The position numbers and the translations under genes are program-made. Positions 22,926-36,100 of a stretch of DNA of 41,958 nt are shown one piece after another (position 1 is the stretch's first letter; the number at the start of each line of letters is the position of its first letter). Under the pieces are notes generated by a model. The model saw only the letters and a program-made list of their open reading frames with translations. It was not told the origin of the DNA and did no database searches. Origin of the DNA: Macrostomum lignano (Eukaryota); assembly GCA_002269645.1 (NCBI GenBank), contig NIVC01002636.1, positions 1 to 41,958 of the forward strand. The letters are read 5' to 3'.

Positions 22926-24244
22926 AAATCCACAATCATTCAATTCATTGCTGAAATTAAAGAGGATAGGCATCGAAGTGATCGATGTGGCTACTGGTAT
23001 TCATCTTGGTCAGTTTTTTTTCAGTTTCCAGATCGTCGATATATAATAAAACGTATGATATTTTTCAAATATAGCTAGAAAAAATAACAAGTTTATTTAG
23101 TTCTTAGTACAAAAAAGCTGAACTGAACGAGCATATATTACTGAGAATTTGCGATCCCTCACCCTTGGACAGTGAGGACTGGGACTAAAGGCGGCCTTGA
23201 ACCGTGCGGCGCCTGTCTTCAGAGAGTTCCCAGCCTCGCCAGGCAAATCGATAATTAGACGTTGAATTTGCGTGCGCGCGTGCTGAGGCTGCGAAGGGTC
23301 GCGGAAGGGCGAGAGTGGGGAAAAATTGATGAAGAACAGACAGCGCCCGAAATGAGGGCGGAACTGAACTCTCACGATATCCTCAGCTCGCGCACTCCCA
23401 ACGATCAGTTCTACGCTGTCTTTTGCCACTCCTCTTGCTGTCTCCCTCTCTCCGGTTCGTAAGTTGCTGAGTTGTGCAGATTTTTCTCTTTTTTTCTCTT
23501 TCGCCACACTCTCAGCAAACCACTTTGCTCGCTGCCCCGCTACAGATACACGTACGAGTACTTGGGCATTTCTGCAGGTTTGAACAGGGTACCAAAGACT
23601 ATTTGGTAAAGTAAAGCTCCGTCGTACTTTTAGGCGGATAGTTTTTTTTAACAAATATTGATTTTTTGCTTTAACAATAAGTAAAAGGGATCGCATTGAG
23701 CACATCGAGCCTGCCAAAAAATGTGGGAAGAGGCACCTGCTGCTGGTGTGGCGCGGGAGTATAGGCAGCATTCTTCATCAGCGAGCATATACTGAAGCAG
23801 TTATGAGTTTAATGAAGCTCACTCGCGTGGGAAAAATGCAGATTAAGCTAACTCAGCTTTCCATGCAGTCCCCTTCTATTCCTTCCTTTTGCGAGCAATC
23901 TGGGCTGGGCCAGTCGCCCGTTCGACTTCAAAGTGTGCTCTGAGCAGCGGCGATAACTGGATTTCTGTTCCGGCGTGTTAGCTGCTAGCTAATTAAGTAA
24001 GTCCCATCTCGGGGCCGCAGCCAGCTTCGTGGGCTTCTTCATAGCGAGGGGGAACTCCGACAGTTTACTATATTTTAAGCAGGCATTGCTGATACTGCAA
24101 GCCTCTGTTTCTTTCTTGGGAAATACTTTCAATTTGTTTTTTGTTTTAATTGAAGTTGACAGAGCCGTATTTAACTTGATCGAATCTGCTGTCTATCAGT
24201 TGGGCCTAACTCTTGCTCAATAAGTGCCTGTCTGGGTTCTATTC

Positions 24245-24450
24245 CACAAGAACAACAACAACAAAATACGCAGCCCCCGCGTGCAAGGCAGTTAGAACAG
24301 GGCGCGTCAGATGGCGCGCCGCAGAGCCTGAGAGCGGACAGAGTCCGCCCCGTTGGCAGTGTCGGGGGCCCCAGAATCGCATAGCAGGCAGTCCACGTAT
24401 CGACCAGTTTGGGCCTGACTCGTTGAAATCGCCGCCGGCGCAGGATGCGA
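24245..24450 (-). mobile_element. Short 3'-end fragment of the RTE family seen at 5295-5590
   Basis: aacagggcgcgtcagatggcgcgccgcaga...ttggcagtgtcggg...cgcatagcaggcagtccacgtatcgac aligns by eye to about 5350-5460, and ttgaaatcgccgccggcgcaggatg aligns to about 5563-5588. Internal deletion present; (aac)n tail. Confidence 0.8.
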
Positions 24451-24511
24451 TTCCATGCTTATATCGACATCAATATGAGATAGGGGTTGTCGTGCGACTA
24501 ATGCCGATTGA

Positions 24512-24556
24512 GTGTGCATGCTGAGCAAGTCAGCCCCGCTGTACACCCTGTGTGTC
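24512..24556 (+). mobile_element. Isolated SINE core motif of the family at 32395, 37955 and 38816
   Basis: gtgtgcatgctgagcaagtcagccccgctgtacaccctgtgtg. Confidence 0.55.
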
Positions 24557-25799
24557 CGAAGATGTCGGTCTTGCTGTACCTACAGGCTCTGAAAACTATA
24601 GAACGATTCAGAAGACGCATACAGCAGCATCACGCCAAGACAGCTGCTGGGCTAGTCTGCAGACTCGCCACTCGGTGTCTTCAGTAGCATATGCCGCGCA
24701 TGCGTGAGCAACTCCCGAGTGCGCCGGAGGTTAGAAAAGCAATCAACTAAAAAACAGAGAAAAAACACGAAGAAAATGAAGCCCCCGAATAATTTAATAT
24801 TCGATAACGCAAACGGTTGCAAAAGCTGCTAGTTGGTCAGATTCAACGGCACCCGCGGGATACCTTCAGCAAATTAATTAACCTAAAGTTGGGACACTGG
24901 CTAGTCCCCCCCCCCAGCCAGTGCATCGCATAGACTAGCTGCAAGGGAAGGGGCAGACAAGGGGAGAGCAGCAGATGGGGACGGCGGCTGGGAAGCTACG
25001 TACGCCGAGTTCCGGTTCAAGCGGCGCGGCGCCAGTCACGCTGACGGGTCCGGTGAGTCATAAATCACAGGGACCGGCGCCACGCTTGAGCCTCTTAATT
25101 GGAATTGGGGGGGGGGGGGGGGTTGATTGAACTGCCCAAGCTGTTAATTATGAATGACCTGGCGTCCTCATTTCCCATCTCTCATCCCTCAATCAGTGGC
25201 TAAGTCTGCTTAGCGACAACTTGCCGCAATGCCGCCCCTACCTGCGGACAGGAGGTGGCCGGCTGGATTCATTTCAAGTTTTTAGCGGCGATGCCACCCG
25301 CGCAAGATAGCTTGGAGTTTAGCAGCTCATAGGTTGGCGGGGTTATTAAAGAGATCAGCAGACTAGATGGCCCGGCTGTCATCGTTTTACAATGGCAATA
25401 AATTCCCCATTGCTGGCCGCTTGACTTTGCGACTCATAATTTTAATTTTCCGAATAAAACTGCCGTACTGAATTAAGCACTCTGAGGTGTAAATTTTCGA
25501 TTTTTATGGCAATGTTGGCATGCAGACAATTGGCAGCAGAGAGGTCGTCCGCCCTGAGATCTAAAACTGAGATAAGGGTGTCTGGAGTACTTAAATGTGT
25601 CTGGGGGTCGAAATGTGTCCATGAGTTGTCAAATTGCTTCTTGGGGTATTGTCTGGGACGCAGGAGATTTAAGCCATGATGAACTGAGCTTGTAAAATGC
25701 GCTTTATAAAGTGATGGTAGATATGTTTTGCAGTGGATTCTATCATCACACATGGCTCCGTCCGACACCGTAGTGCAACGTAATAATAACGCTGGTGAG

Positions 25800-26763
25800 A
25801 TAAGAGATGAGACGAGAGATCGGGTGGGATGAAAGATGAGATGCGAGATGAGATGAGAGATGGGATGAGAGATGGGATGCGAGATGGGATGAGGGATGAG
25901 ATGAGAGATGGGATGGGAGATGAGATGAGGAATGGGATGAGGGATGAGATGAGATGAGATGAGAGATGGGATGAGAGATGGGATGAGGGATGGGATGAGG
26001 GATGAGATGAGATGAGATGAGAGATGGGATGAGAGATGGGATGAGGGATGGGATGAGGGATAGGATGAGGGATGGGATGAGAGATGGGATGAGGGATGGG
26101 ATGAGGGATAGGATGAGGGATGGGATGAGAGATGGGATGAGGGATGGGATGAGAGATGAGATGAGGAATGGGATGAGGGATGAGATGAGATGGGATGAGA
26201 GATGGGATGAGAGATGAGATGAGGAATGGGATGAGGGATGAGATGAGATGAGATGAGAGATGGGATGAGAGATGGGATGAGGGATGGGATGAGGGATAGG
26301 ATGAGGGATGGGATGAGAGATGGGATGAGGGATGGGATGAGAGATGAGATGAGGAATGGGATGAGGGATGAGATGAGATGGGATGAGAGATGGGATGAGA
26401 GATGAGATGAGGAATGGGATGAGGGATGAGATGAGATGAGATGAGAGATGGGATGAGAGATGGGATGAGGGATGGGATGAGGGATAGGATGAGGGATGGG
26501 ATGAGAGATGGGATGAGGGATGGGATGAGGGATAGGATGAGGGATGGGATGAGAGATGGGATGACAGATGGGATGAGAGATGGCATGAAAGAAGAGATCA
26601 GAGATGAAAACTGAGAGAAGCTATGAGAGAGTAGACAAGAGGAGTGAGAAGAGGGGGAGAGGAGATTAGAAAAGGAGCTGAGAAGAGACACAGACCTTGA
26701 GCAGGCCGGATTGCTGTTGTGAAGTTGCAAAGGACCTGAGGACCGGAGTTTGCCCAACCCCGC
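25800..26763. mobile_element. Purine-rich array (about 12-bp gggatgag(a/g)gat units) ending in a hAT-MITE-like terminus
   Basis: The array runs 25800-26590. Then gagaagagacacagaccttgagcaggccggattgctgttgtgaagtt...gaggaccggagtttgcccaacccc is homologous to about 35490-35604. Left end not found. Confidence 0.65.
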
Positions 26764-27125
26764 GTATAGAAGGGAGTGGATTTTTCGGGAAAGAAGGCAG
26801 GCAGAACAGGGCCTGTATCCTCCCTCCCGTTGCTCCGGTCACGATTGGCTGGCTGGGGGGAAGAGGGAGCAACGGGGACACCTCCAATTTCACCCGCCAC
26901 CCCAACCTCAGGACTCTGAGAGAGAGAGAGAGAGTTGAGAGACTAAAGCTAGACCTGAGAGAGTGAGTGTACGCGGTTTGCATTTGGCGAGATTTGCCCC
27001 GGCGTACAAATACCCGGCACCGCCTGACCCGTGTAGCAGCCGGCCCGACTCTCTCTATTAAGTCGTTCTCTTGTTACGCCCCGTCCTTAACGCACCCGAC
27101 AACTAAAAACAGACCGGCAGCAAGC

Positions 27126-30100
27126 ATGATGGCCCAACTGGCTGAAGAGGATTTCGCAACCGGATCGGACGAAGTCGACTACGGCAGCTGCGGCGACCCC
27201 AAGCGAAGTGTGCTCAACGCCTCTTCCTGTCAGGTGAAATCTGTGACGGTGTACCTGGACCGGGCTGAGGTCTGTCGCATTGTCCGGCCTCGGGTGCTGG
27301 TTGGCGAATGCGAAGTCATCGTCAGGGATGTGACAGCTGCGATTGACAAGGACTCCATCAGGTGAGATCTTGGCCGTGTTGTCTATGAACCTGGATTGGA
27401 AACTGCTTTTCTATATTTTTTCTAACTTAAATCGTTGTTAATTTAGTCTATAAGGATAGAATAGAGCATATAAAAAGCGTCCAGAGTAATGAATGCCTAG
27501 AAAAATGAGCGCCCAGATAAATGAGCGCCCAGATAAATGAGCGCCCAGATAAATAAGCGCCCAGATAAATGAGCGCCCAGATAAATAAGCGCCCAGATAA
27601 ATGAGCGCTCAGATAAATGAGCGCCCAGATAAATGAACGCCCAGATAAATGAGCGCCCAGATAAATGAACGCCCAGATAAATGAACGCCCAGATAAATGA
27701 GCGCCCAGATAAATGAGCGCCCAGATAAATGAGCGCCCAGATGAATGAGCATCCAGATAAATGAGCGCCCAGATAAATGAGCGCCCAGATGAATGAGCAT
27801 CCGGATAAATGAGCGCCCAGATAAATGAGCGCCCAGATAAATGAGCGCCCAGATGAATGAGCATCCAGATAAATGAGCGCCCAGATGAATGAGCATCCAG
27901 ATAAATGAGCGCCCAGATGAATGAGCATCCAGATAAATGAGCATCCAGATAAATGAGCGCCCAGATAAATGAGCGCCCAGATAAATGAGCGCCCAGATAA
28001 ATGAGCGCCCAGACAAAATGAGCATCCAGATAAATAAGCGCCCAGATAAATGAGCGCCCAGATAAATGAGCGCCCAGATAAATGAGCGCCCAGATAAATG
28101 AACGCCCAGATAAATGAGCGCCCAGATAAATGAACGCCCAGATAAATGAACCCCCAGATAAATGAGCGCCCAGATGAATGAGCATCCAGATAAATGAGCG
28201 CCCAGATAAATGAGCGCCCAGATGAATGAGCATCCAGATAAATGAGCGCCCAGATAAATGAGCGCCCAGATGAATGAGCATCCAGATAAATGAGCATCCA
28301 GATAAATGAGCGCCCAGATAAATGAGCGCCCAGATAAATGAGCGCCCAGATAAATGAGCGCCCAGATAAATGAGCGCCCAGACAAAATGAGCGCCCAGAT
28401 AAATGAGCACCCAGATAAATGAGCGCCCAGATAAATGAGCGCCCAGATAAATGAGCGCCCAGATAAATGAGCGCCCAGATAAATGAGCGCTCAGATAAAT
28501 GAGCGCCCAGATAAATGAGCGCCCAGATAAATGAGCGCCCAGATCAATGAGCGCCCAGATAAATGAGCCCCCAGATAAATGAGCGCCCAGATAAATGAAC
28601 CCCCAGATAAATGAGCGCCCAGATGAATGAGCATCCAGATAAATTAACGCCCAGATAAATGAGCGCCCAGATGAATGAGCATCCAGATAAATGAACGCCC
28701 AGATAAATGAGCGCCCAGATAAATGAACGCCCAGATCAATGAGCACCCAGATAAATGAGCACCCAGATAAATGAGCACCCAGATAAATGAGCACCCAGAT
28801 AAATGAGCACCCAGATAAATGAGCACCCAGATAAATGAACGCCCAGATAAATGAGCGCCCAGATAAATGAGCGCCCAGATAAATGAGCACCCAGATAAAT
28901 GAGCACCCAGATAAATGAGCACCCAGATAAATGAACGCCCAGATAAATGAGCGCCCAGATAAATGAGCGCCCAGATAAATGAACGCCCAGATAAATGAGC
29001 GCCCAGATAAATGAGCGCCCAGATAAATGAGCACCCAGATAAATGAGCACCCAGATAAATGAGCACCCAGATAAATGAGCGCCCAGATAAATGAGCACCC
29101 AGATAAATGAGCACCCAGATAAATGAGCACCCAGATAAATGAACGCCCAGATAAATGAGCGCCCAAATAAATGAGCGCCCAGATAAATGAACGCCCAGAT
29201 AAATGAGCGCCCAGATAAATGAGCGCCCAGATAAATGAGCACCCAGATAAATGAGCACCCAGATAAATGAGCACCCAGATAAATGAGCGCCCAGACAAAT
29301 GACCACTGAGATAGAATGGCGTCTAAGTAGAATGGCGCCTAGAAAAAATGGCGCCCAGATATATTAGCGCCCAGACATAAAAAACCGCGACAACCCGGCC
29401 TGCAGAGTGGAGGTGAAGGGCCCGGCCACCATAGCAGACGTGGCCTACTCGGCCCGCAACAATCGCCAGAGCGAGGACGCGAAGGCCGCTCAAAAGTCGG
29501 CTGCTCAGAAAGCCCTGCAGGAGGAGCAGCGGGCCCTGGAGAGCCTGACCAATCGGCAGGCCAGGCTGCGGAAACAGCGCGACGTGTTGAACAGCTTCGC
29601 CGATATGCTAATCAGGAAGCCGGAGCCGTCCGTGGCCGCAGTGGCCGCTGCCGCCGCCGAGATCAAAGCGACTGTCGGGGTGAGCGATTTACCTGCTCTC
29701 TGCGATTCTCATAGGGGCGATTCTCATTGGGGCGATTCTCATTGGAGTGATTCTCATTGGGGCGATTCTCATAGTAGCGATTCTCATAGTAGCGATTCTC
29801 ATAGTAGCGATTCTCATAGTAGCGATTCTCATAGTAGCGATTCTCATAGTAGCGATTCTCATAGTAGCGATTCTCATAGTAGCGATTCTCATAGTAGCGA
29901 TTCTCATAGTAGCGATTCTCATAGTAGCGATTCTCATAGTAGCGATTCTCATAGTAGCGATTCTCATAGTAGCGATTCTCATAGTAGCGATTCTCATAGT
30001 AGCGATTCTCATAGTAGCGATTCTCATAGTAGCGATTCTCATAGTAGCGATTCTCATAGTAGCGATTCTCATAGTAGCGATTCTCATAGTAGCGATTCTC

Positions 30101-33100
30101 ATAGTAGCGATTCTTATAGTAGCGATTCTCATAGTAGCGATTCTCATAGTAGCGATTCTCATAGTAGCGATTCTCATAGTAGCGATTCTCATAGTAGCGA
30201 TTCTCATAGTAGCGATTCTCATAGTAGCGATTCTCATAGTAGCGATTCTCATAGTAGCGATTCTCATAGTAGCGATTCTCATTGTAGCGATTCTCATAGT
30301 AGCGATTCTCATTGGAGTGATTCTCATTGGGGCGATTCTCATTGGGGCGATTCTCATTGGGGCGATTCTCATAGTAGCGATTCTCATAGTAGCGATTCTC
30401 ATAGTAGCGATTCTCATAGTAGCGATTCTTATAGTAGCGATTCTCATAGTAGCGATTCTCATAGTAGCGATTCTCATAGTAGCGATTCTCATAGTAGCGA
30501 TTCTCATAGTAGCGATTCTTATAGTAGCGATTCTCATAGTAGCGATTCTCATAGTAGCGATTCTCATAGTAGCGATTCTCATAGTAGCGATTTTCATTAG
30601 GGCGATTCTCATTAGGGCGATTCTCATTGGGGCGATTCTCATTGGGGCGATTCTCATAGTTGCGATTCTCATTGGGGCGATTCTCATAGTAGCAATTCTC
30701 ATTGTAGCGATTCTCATTGGGACGATTCTCATAGTAGCGATTCTCATAGTAGCGATTCTCATAGTAGCGATTCTCATAGTAGCGATTCTCATAGTAGCGA
30801 TTCTCATAGGGGCGATTCTCATTAGGGCGATTCTCATTGGAGTGATTCTCATTGGGGTGATTCTTAAATGGGCGATTCTTATTGGGGCAATTCCAAGTTC
30901 AGGACTCGAACTTCATACGACGATTCATTCTAGGGCGATTTTTATCTAGAAAACTTCATAAGGGGATTAAGAGAAATTGGGAGATTTTAAATGGAGTTGG
31001 ATTGGACTTCATTGGAGTGGATGAATTTCGACTTTTCTAGGAAAGGAAGCTCTTGTCATTTTTTATTTGTTCGGGTTTTTAATGCAGTGTCTTTCTGAAA
31101 GTTTATCCCTCTTTTCCATTGATTTCTACGAATAGAAGGCCTGTATAAATCCCCGGCCTAGATTTGAATTCATGAAAATCCATAAATAAAATCCCTGCCT
31201 TAAAATCCCAAAAAATGATTCCTCAGAACCCAAAAAATTCCGACATGCTTAATGCTTCCTTGCCAATTTTTTTATTATTTGCTTTTCACACCGACGCCGT
31301 GACCCCAGCTGACCCCGGCATCAGCTGTGGCGTTTAGGGAAGTCGGGACACGAAGAGAGAGTGAAAGTTGGGAACTCTGCTGATCCATGACTTTGGCGCT
31401 TCATAACAAACTCGATTGAGGCACTAAACAGAGTGTGCACTTTACGGTGGGGCACAGAACTGCCAAGAGAGCAAAATTCTAAAGGAGACATTCTACGGGG
31501 GCTGGAGACATTCTACAGGGTAGGAGGCATTCTACAGATGTAGGAGACATTCTACAGGGGGACGAGAAATTCTACAGAGCTTAGAGACATTCTACAGGGG
31601 TAGGGGACATTATACAGGGGTACAAGATATTCTACAGAGGTTAGAGACATTCTACGGGGGCTGGAGACATTCTACGGGGGCTGGAGACATTCTACAGGGT
31701 AGGAGGCATTCTACAGATGTAGGAGACATTTTAAAGGGGTACGAGACATTCTACAGAGGTTAGAGACATTCTACAGTGGTTAGAGACATGTTAGAGACAT
31801 TCTACAGTGGTTAGAGACTTTCTACAGTGGTTAGAGACTTTCTACAGAGGTCAGAGACATTCTACAGGAGTAGGGGACATCCTACAGGGGTACGAGACAT
31901 TCTACAGGAGTAGGGGACATCCTACAGGGGTACGAGACATTCTACAGGAGTAGGGGACATCCTACAGGGGTACGAGACATTCTACAGAGGTCAGAGACAT
32001 CCTACAGGGGTACGAGACATTCTACAGAGGTCAGAGACATTCTACAGTGATTTGAGACATTCTACAGTGGTTAGAGACATTCCACAGAGGTCAGAGACAT
32101 TCTATAGGAGTAGGAGACTTTCTACAGTGGTTAGAGACATTTTACAGAGGTTAGAGACATGTTAGAGACATTCTACAGTGGTTAGAGACTTTCTACAGTG
32201 GTTAGAGACTTTCTACAGAGGTCAGAGACATTCTACAGAGGTTAGAGACATTCTACAGAGGTTAGAGACATTTTACAGAGGTTAGAGACATTCTACAGAG
32301 GTTAGAGACATTCTACAGAGGTTAGAGACATTCTCTACACGGGGTAGGAGACATTCTACACGGGGTAGGATATATTTATCATGCGAAAACCCAAGGGGCA
32401 GAGTAGTTCGGCCGTAAACGCGTCTGACTCTCGCGCCCCAGGACCCCTGGTTCGATTTCTATTTAATTTAGGGTTTGTGCACGAAAAAATTGTCCAGGGG
32501 TTGTTGTGCGATTCACACACATCAGGTCCAGCCCCCAAGACACAGACAGTGTACATGCCTGATGATGAGAAAGTCAGGGCTGCTGTACACCCTGTGTGAG
32601 CGAGTGTATGGAAGAGTGAGCGCCTGCATACAGATCGGCGAAGATTTATTTATACGTCCAAATCAAGCGGGATAACGCCACGTCTATGTAAAAAAACGAT
32701 ATTTATTAATAAACGCAGGATGGAGCTACGCAGCCGCAGGCGCCGGCCGCAGCTTCGATTGACGCCTTCGATCCGAAGCACATGGACACCTTGAGCAGCT
32801 TCTTCAACCTGTACGACAGGCAGGCTGGCCGGCTGGATGACGACCTGCTTGACACTCGCGTGGCCATCCAGAAGAAGGAGGAGGCCGTCAAAGCTTTGGA
32901 GAAGCAGCTGCGGATATCGAGGCCAGATATAACGAGATGCAGAGCCGGTGAGGCTGGCTGGCAGAGGGGATGCAATTGGTGCCAGGTATTGTAGCTTGAG
33001 ATTCTTAGAGGTGTGCAATCGGTGCCAGGTTTTGTAGCTTTGAGGTGTGCAATCGGTACCAGGTATCGTAGCTTGAGATTCTTAGAGGTGTGCAATCGGT

Positions 33101-36100
33101 GCCAGGTGTCGTAGCTTGAGCTTCTTAGAGGTGTGCAATCGGTACCAGGTATCGTAGCTTGAGATTCTTAGAGGTGTGCAATCGGTACCAGGTATCGTAG
33201 CTTGAGATTCTTAGAGGTGTGCAATCGGTACCAGGTATTGTAGCTTTAGATCCTTAGAGGTGTGCAATCGGTGACAGGTATTGCAGCTTTGAGGTGTCCA
33301 AATCTTGCTTTCAAAAAGGTCTATGAAGCCTCCTTAGAGAATTTCAATCAGTATTTTACAACCGTAGTCAAAAGCAACTGGAACAACTTAAAATCGTCCC
33401 ATGTTGCTCAGTGTTTAGTGGCGTGGCTGCTGAGTCAGAGTAGGACATCCACCCGGAGTGCAGTCGTTTTCATTTAACAGGCTCAATTGACGCCTCGGCA
33501 TTTTTGTGTTTTGAAGCGAAAGCCCGGATCTGCAGGGTGCTTTTAAAAAGCCAAACCATTGGGAAGGGTGGAAAAGGGGAAACCAATTCCGGAAACTGGG
33601 TCCCGGATGCTGGGGAATGCGTTTCGGGAGGGTGGAAATTGGAAGGATGGGAGGGGACAGTCGCGAATTGAAGTGCCTGAACTCTGAGGTCAGAGAGACA
33701 GAGCGAGCAAACTACCGCGCGTGTCCAGGAAGTGTTTCTCCAGTGCTGGGTGTCAGCGGTTTCCCTGTGGCTGCGCCAAAACTGACCAAGCCTGAACGAT
33801 CCTAATCGGGAGACGCTTAGGGGGTAAATGACTGACGGGGGTCTTGGTGGGAGCGGGGCATTATGGCGATAGATATATGGTGTTAGAGAGGCATCGTGAT
33901 GTTAGAGAGACAACCATGCATAGCGTCAGAGGGGGGCGCTAATAGCGTCAGAGAGGTTCCCATGGTGTCAGAGAGGTTCTCATGGTGTCAGAGAGGTTTC
34001 CATGGTGTCATAGAGGTTCCCATGGTGTCAGAGAGGTTTCCATGGTGTCAGAGAGGTGCCCATGGTGTCAGAGAGGTTTCCATGGTGTCAGAGAGGTTCC
34101 CATGGTGTCAGAGAGGTTCCCATGGTGTCAGAGAGGTTTCCATGGTGTCATAGAGGTTCCCATGGTGTCAGAGAGGTTTCCATGGTGTCAGAGAGGTGCC
34201 CATGGTGTCAGAGAGGTTTCAATGGTGTCAGAGAGGTTCCCATGGTGTCAGAGAGGTTTCCATGGTGTCAGAGAGATTCCCATGGTTTCAGAGAGGTTTC
34301 CATGGTGTCAGAGAGGTTCCCATGGTTTCAGAGAGGTTCCCATGGTTTCAGAGAGGTTCCCATGGTGTCAGAGAGGTTCCCATGGTTTCAGAGAGGTTTC
34401 CATGGTGTTAGAGAGGTTTCCATGGTGTCAGAGAGGTTTCCATGGTGTCAGAGATGCGCTCATGGTGTTAGAAAGGCGCCTATGGGGTCAGAAAGGCACC
34501 TATGGTGTCAGAGAGGCGCTATATTGCAAGAAAGTAGCCAACATACCGAAATGCCTGAGAGCCACTTGGTTCAGTGAAGTGGCCTCCGAGTGGACCTACA
34601 TACAGGCCTCGCTCTCTCCGCAAAATGAAGTCTAATTGAATTTTAACAAAATTGCAAGCCAAAATCCAATACCACTTAAAAACTGTATAAAATTTTTAGC
34701 GAAATCTCCATCGTACTGGAGTGTCAGGAGACCACGCAGCTGGAGCTCTATCTGTCCTACGTGGTCAGCCGGGCCAAATGGTCGCCGAAATACGACGTCC
34801 GAGTGTTCAGCAACGAGTCCGCCATGAAGGTGAGGCTCGCTATCCATCTGTCCACTGTAGGTTAAAATCTATCAGATTCCCTTAAGCCAGGGGTTGGCAA
34901 ACCTGTTTCACCTCAGAGCCAAATTAAGTATCCAGCTCATGGCTGCTCATGAGAGAACAGAGAAGTGAGGCGAGAGAGGAGATGAGAGGAGAGGTCAGAT
35001 GAGCGATGAAAGAAGAGAGATGAGGCAAGAGAAGGGAGATGAGAGGAGAGAAGAGAGATGAGGCAAGAGAAGAGAGATGAGGGAAGAGAAGGGAGATGAG
35101 GAAAGAAAAGAGAGATGAGGGGAGAGATGAGAGATGAGGGAAGAGAAGAGAGATGAGGGAAGAGAAGAGCGATGAAGGGAGAGAAGGGAGATGAGAGAGA
35201 GAAGAGAGATGACGGGAGAGAAGAGAGATGAGGGAGAGAAGAGAGATGACGGGAGAGAAGAGAGATGAGGGAGAGAAGAGAGATGACGGGAGAGAAGAGG
35301 GATGAGGGGAGAGAAGAGAGATGACGGGAGTGAAGAGAGATGAGGGGAGAGAAGAGAGATGACGGGAGTGAAGAGAGATGAGGGGAGAGAAGAGAGATGA
35401 CGGGAGAGAAGAGAGATGAGGGGAGAGAAGAGAGATGAGGGGAGAGAAGAGAGATGAGGGGAGAGAAGAGAGATGAGGGAGAGAATAGAGATGAGAAGAG
35501 ACACAAACCCTGAGCGGGGCGGACTGCTGTTGTGAAGTTTCAAACTTCAAAGGACCCGATGGCCGGATAGAGAGGCTTCGAGGGCCGGAGTTCGTGGACC
35601 CCAGGCTCAAGCCCTTGTTGTACACTCCATGGCATTCGTCGGGATTGAATGGATAGAGAAAGTATATACTATACACTATACACTGTGTTAAGTATATTGG
35701 AGGTCTCTTAATTTGATTTCCACTCCACTATAAGAAAGCATTTCTGCTAAGTAAGGATCTGAAAGGAGGACAGAAGGAGGTACAGAGAGGGGGAGGGGTC
35801 CATGCCAAGGAAAAGAAAGTATTGGCGTATAAACAGAGAACGGCTTGCCTGTCATGCCTTAACCATGAGTCACTGCTGTATCAAGCTACTGCAGAGGGCC
35901 GTGACGGAATAATATAGTCTCTGCAGTTTAAGGCATTCTACTGTAAACTTTCAATCCCAATATGCGCTGCTGGGGCTGCATCTAATAGAATGGGGCGGAA
36001 AGGCTGGACTATACGGTACTGCCGAAGGCTGGCTTAAGTCCCCGCACTTCCAGTTCACTTGTGTGGCCAAAGCGCTACGACGATAATGGGAAAAGGTTCT

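Noticed and set aside
27448-30949. Long ORFs of 168-616 aa (LGAHLSGRSFIW, MRIAT, AILIV repeats)
   Set aside because: They are translations of stop-free 15-16-bp arrays lying inside introns of the DUF4139 gene.
32558-32590. Possible hammerhead ribozyme (CTGATGA...GAAA) in the SINE core
   Set aside because: There is no stem II between the motifs and no convincing stem III or cleavage triplet, and the homologous copies at 38976 and 24512 lack the motifs.
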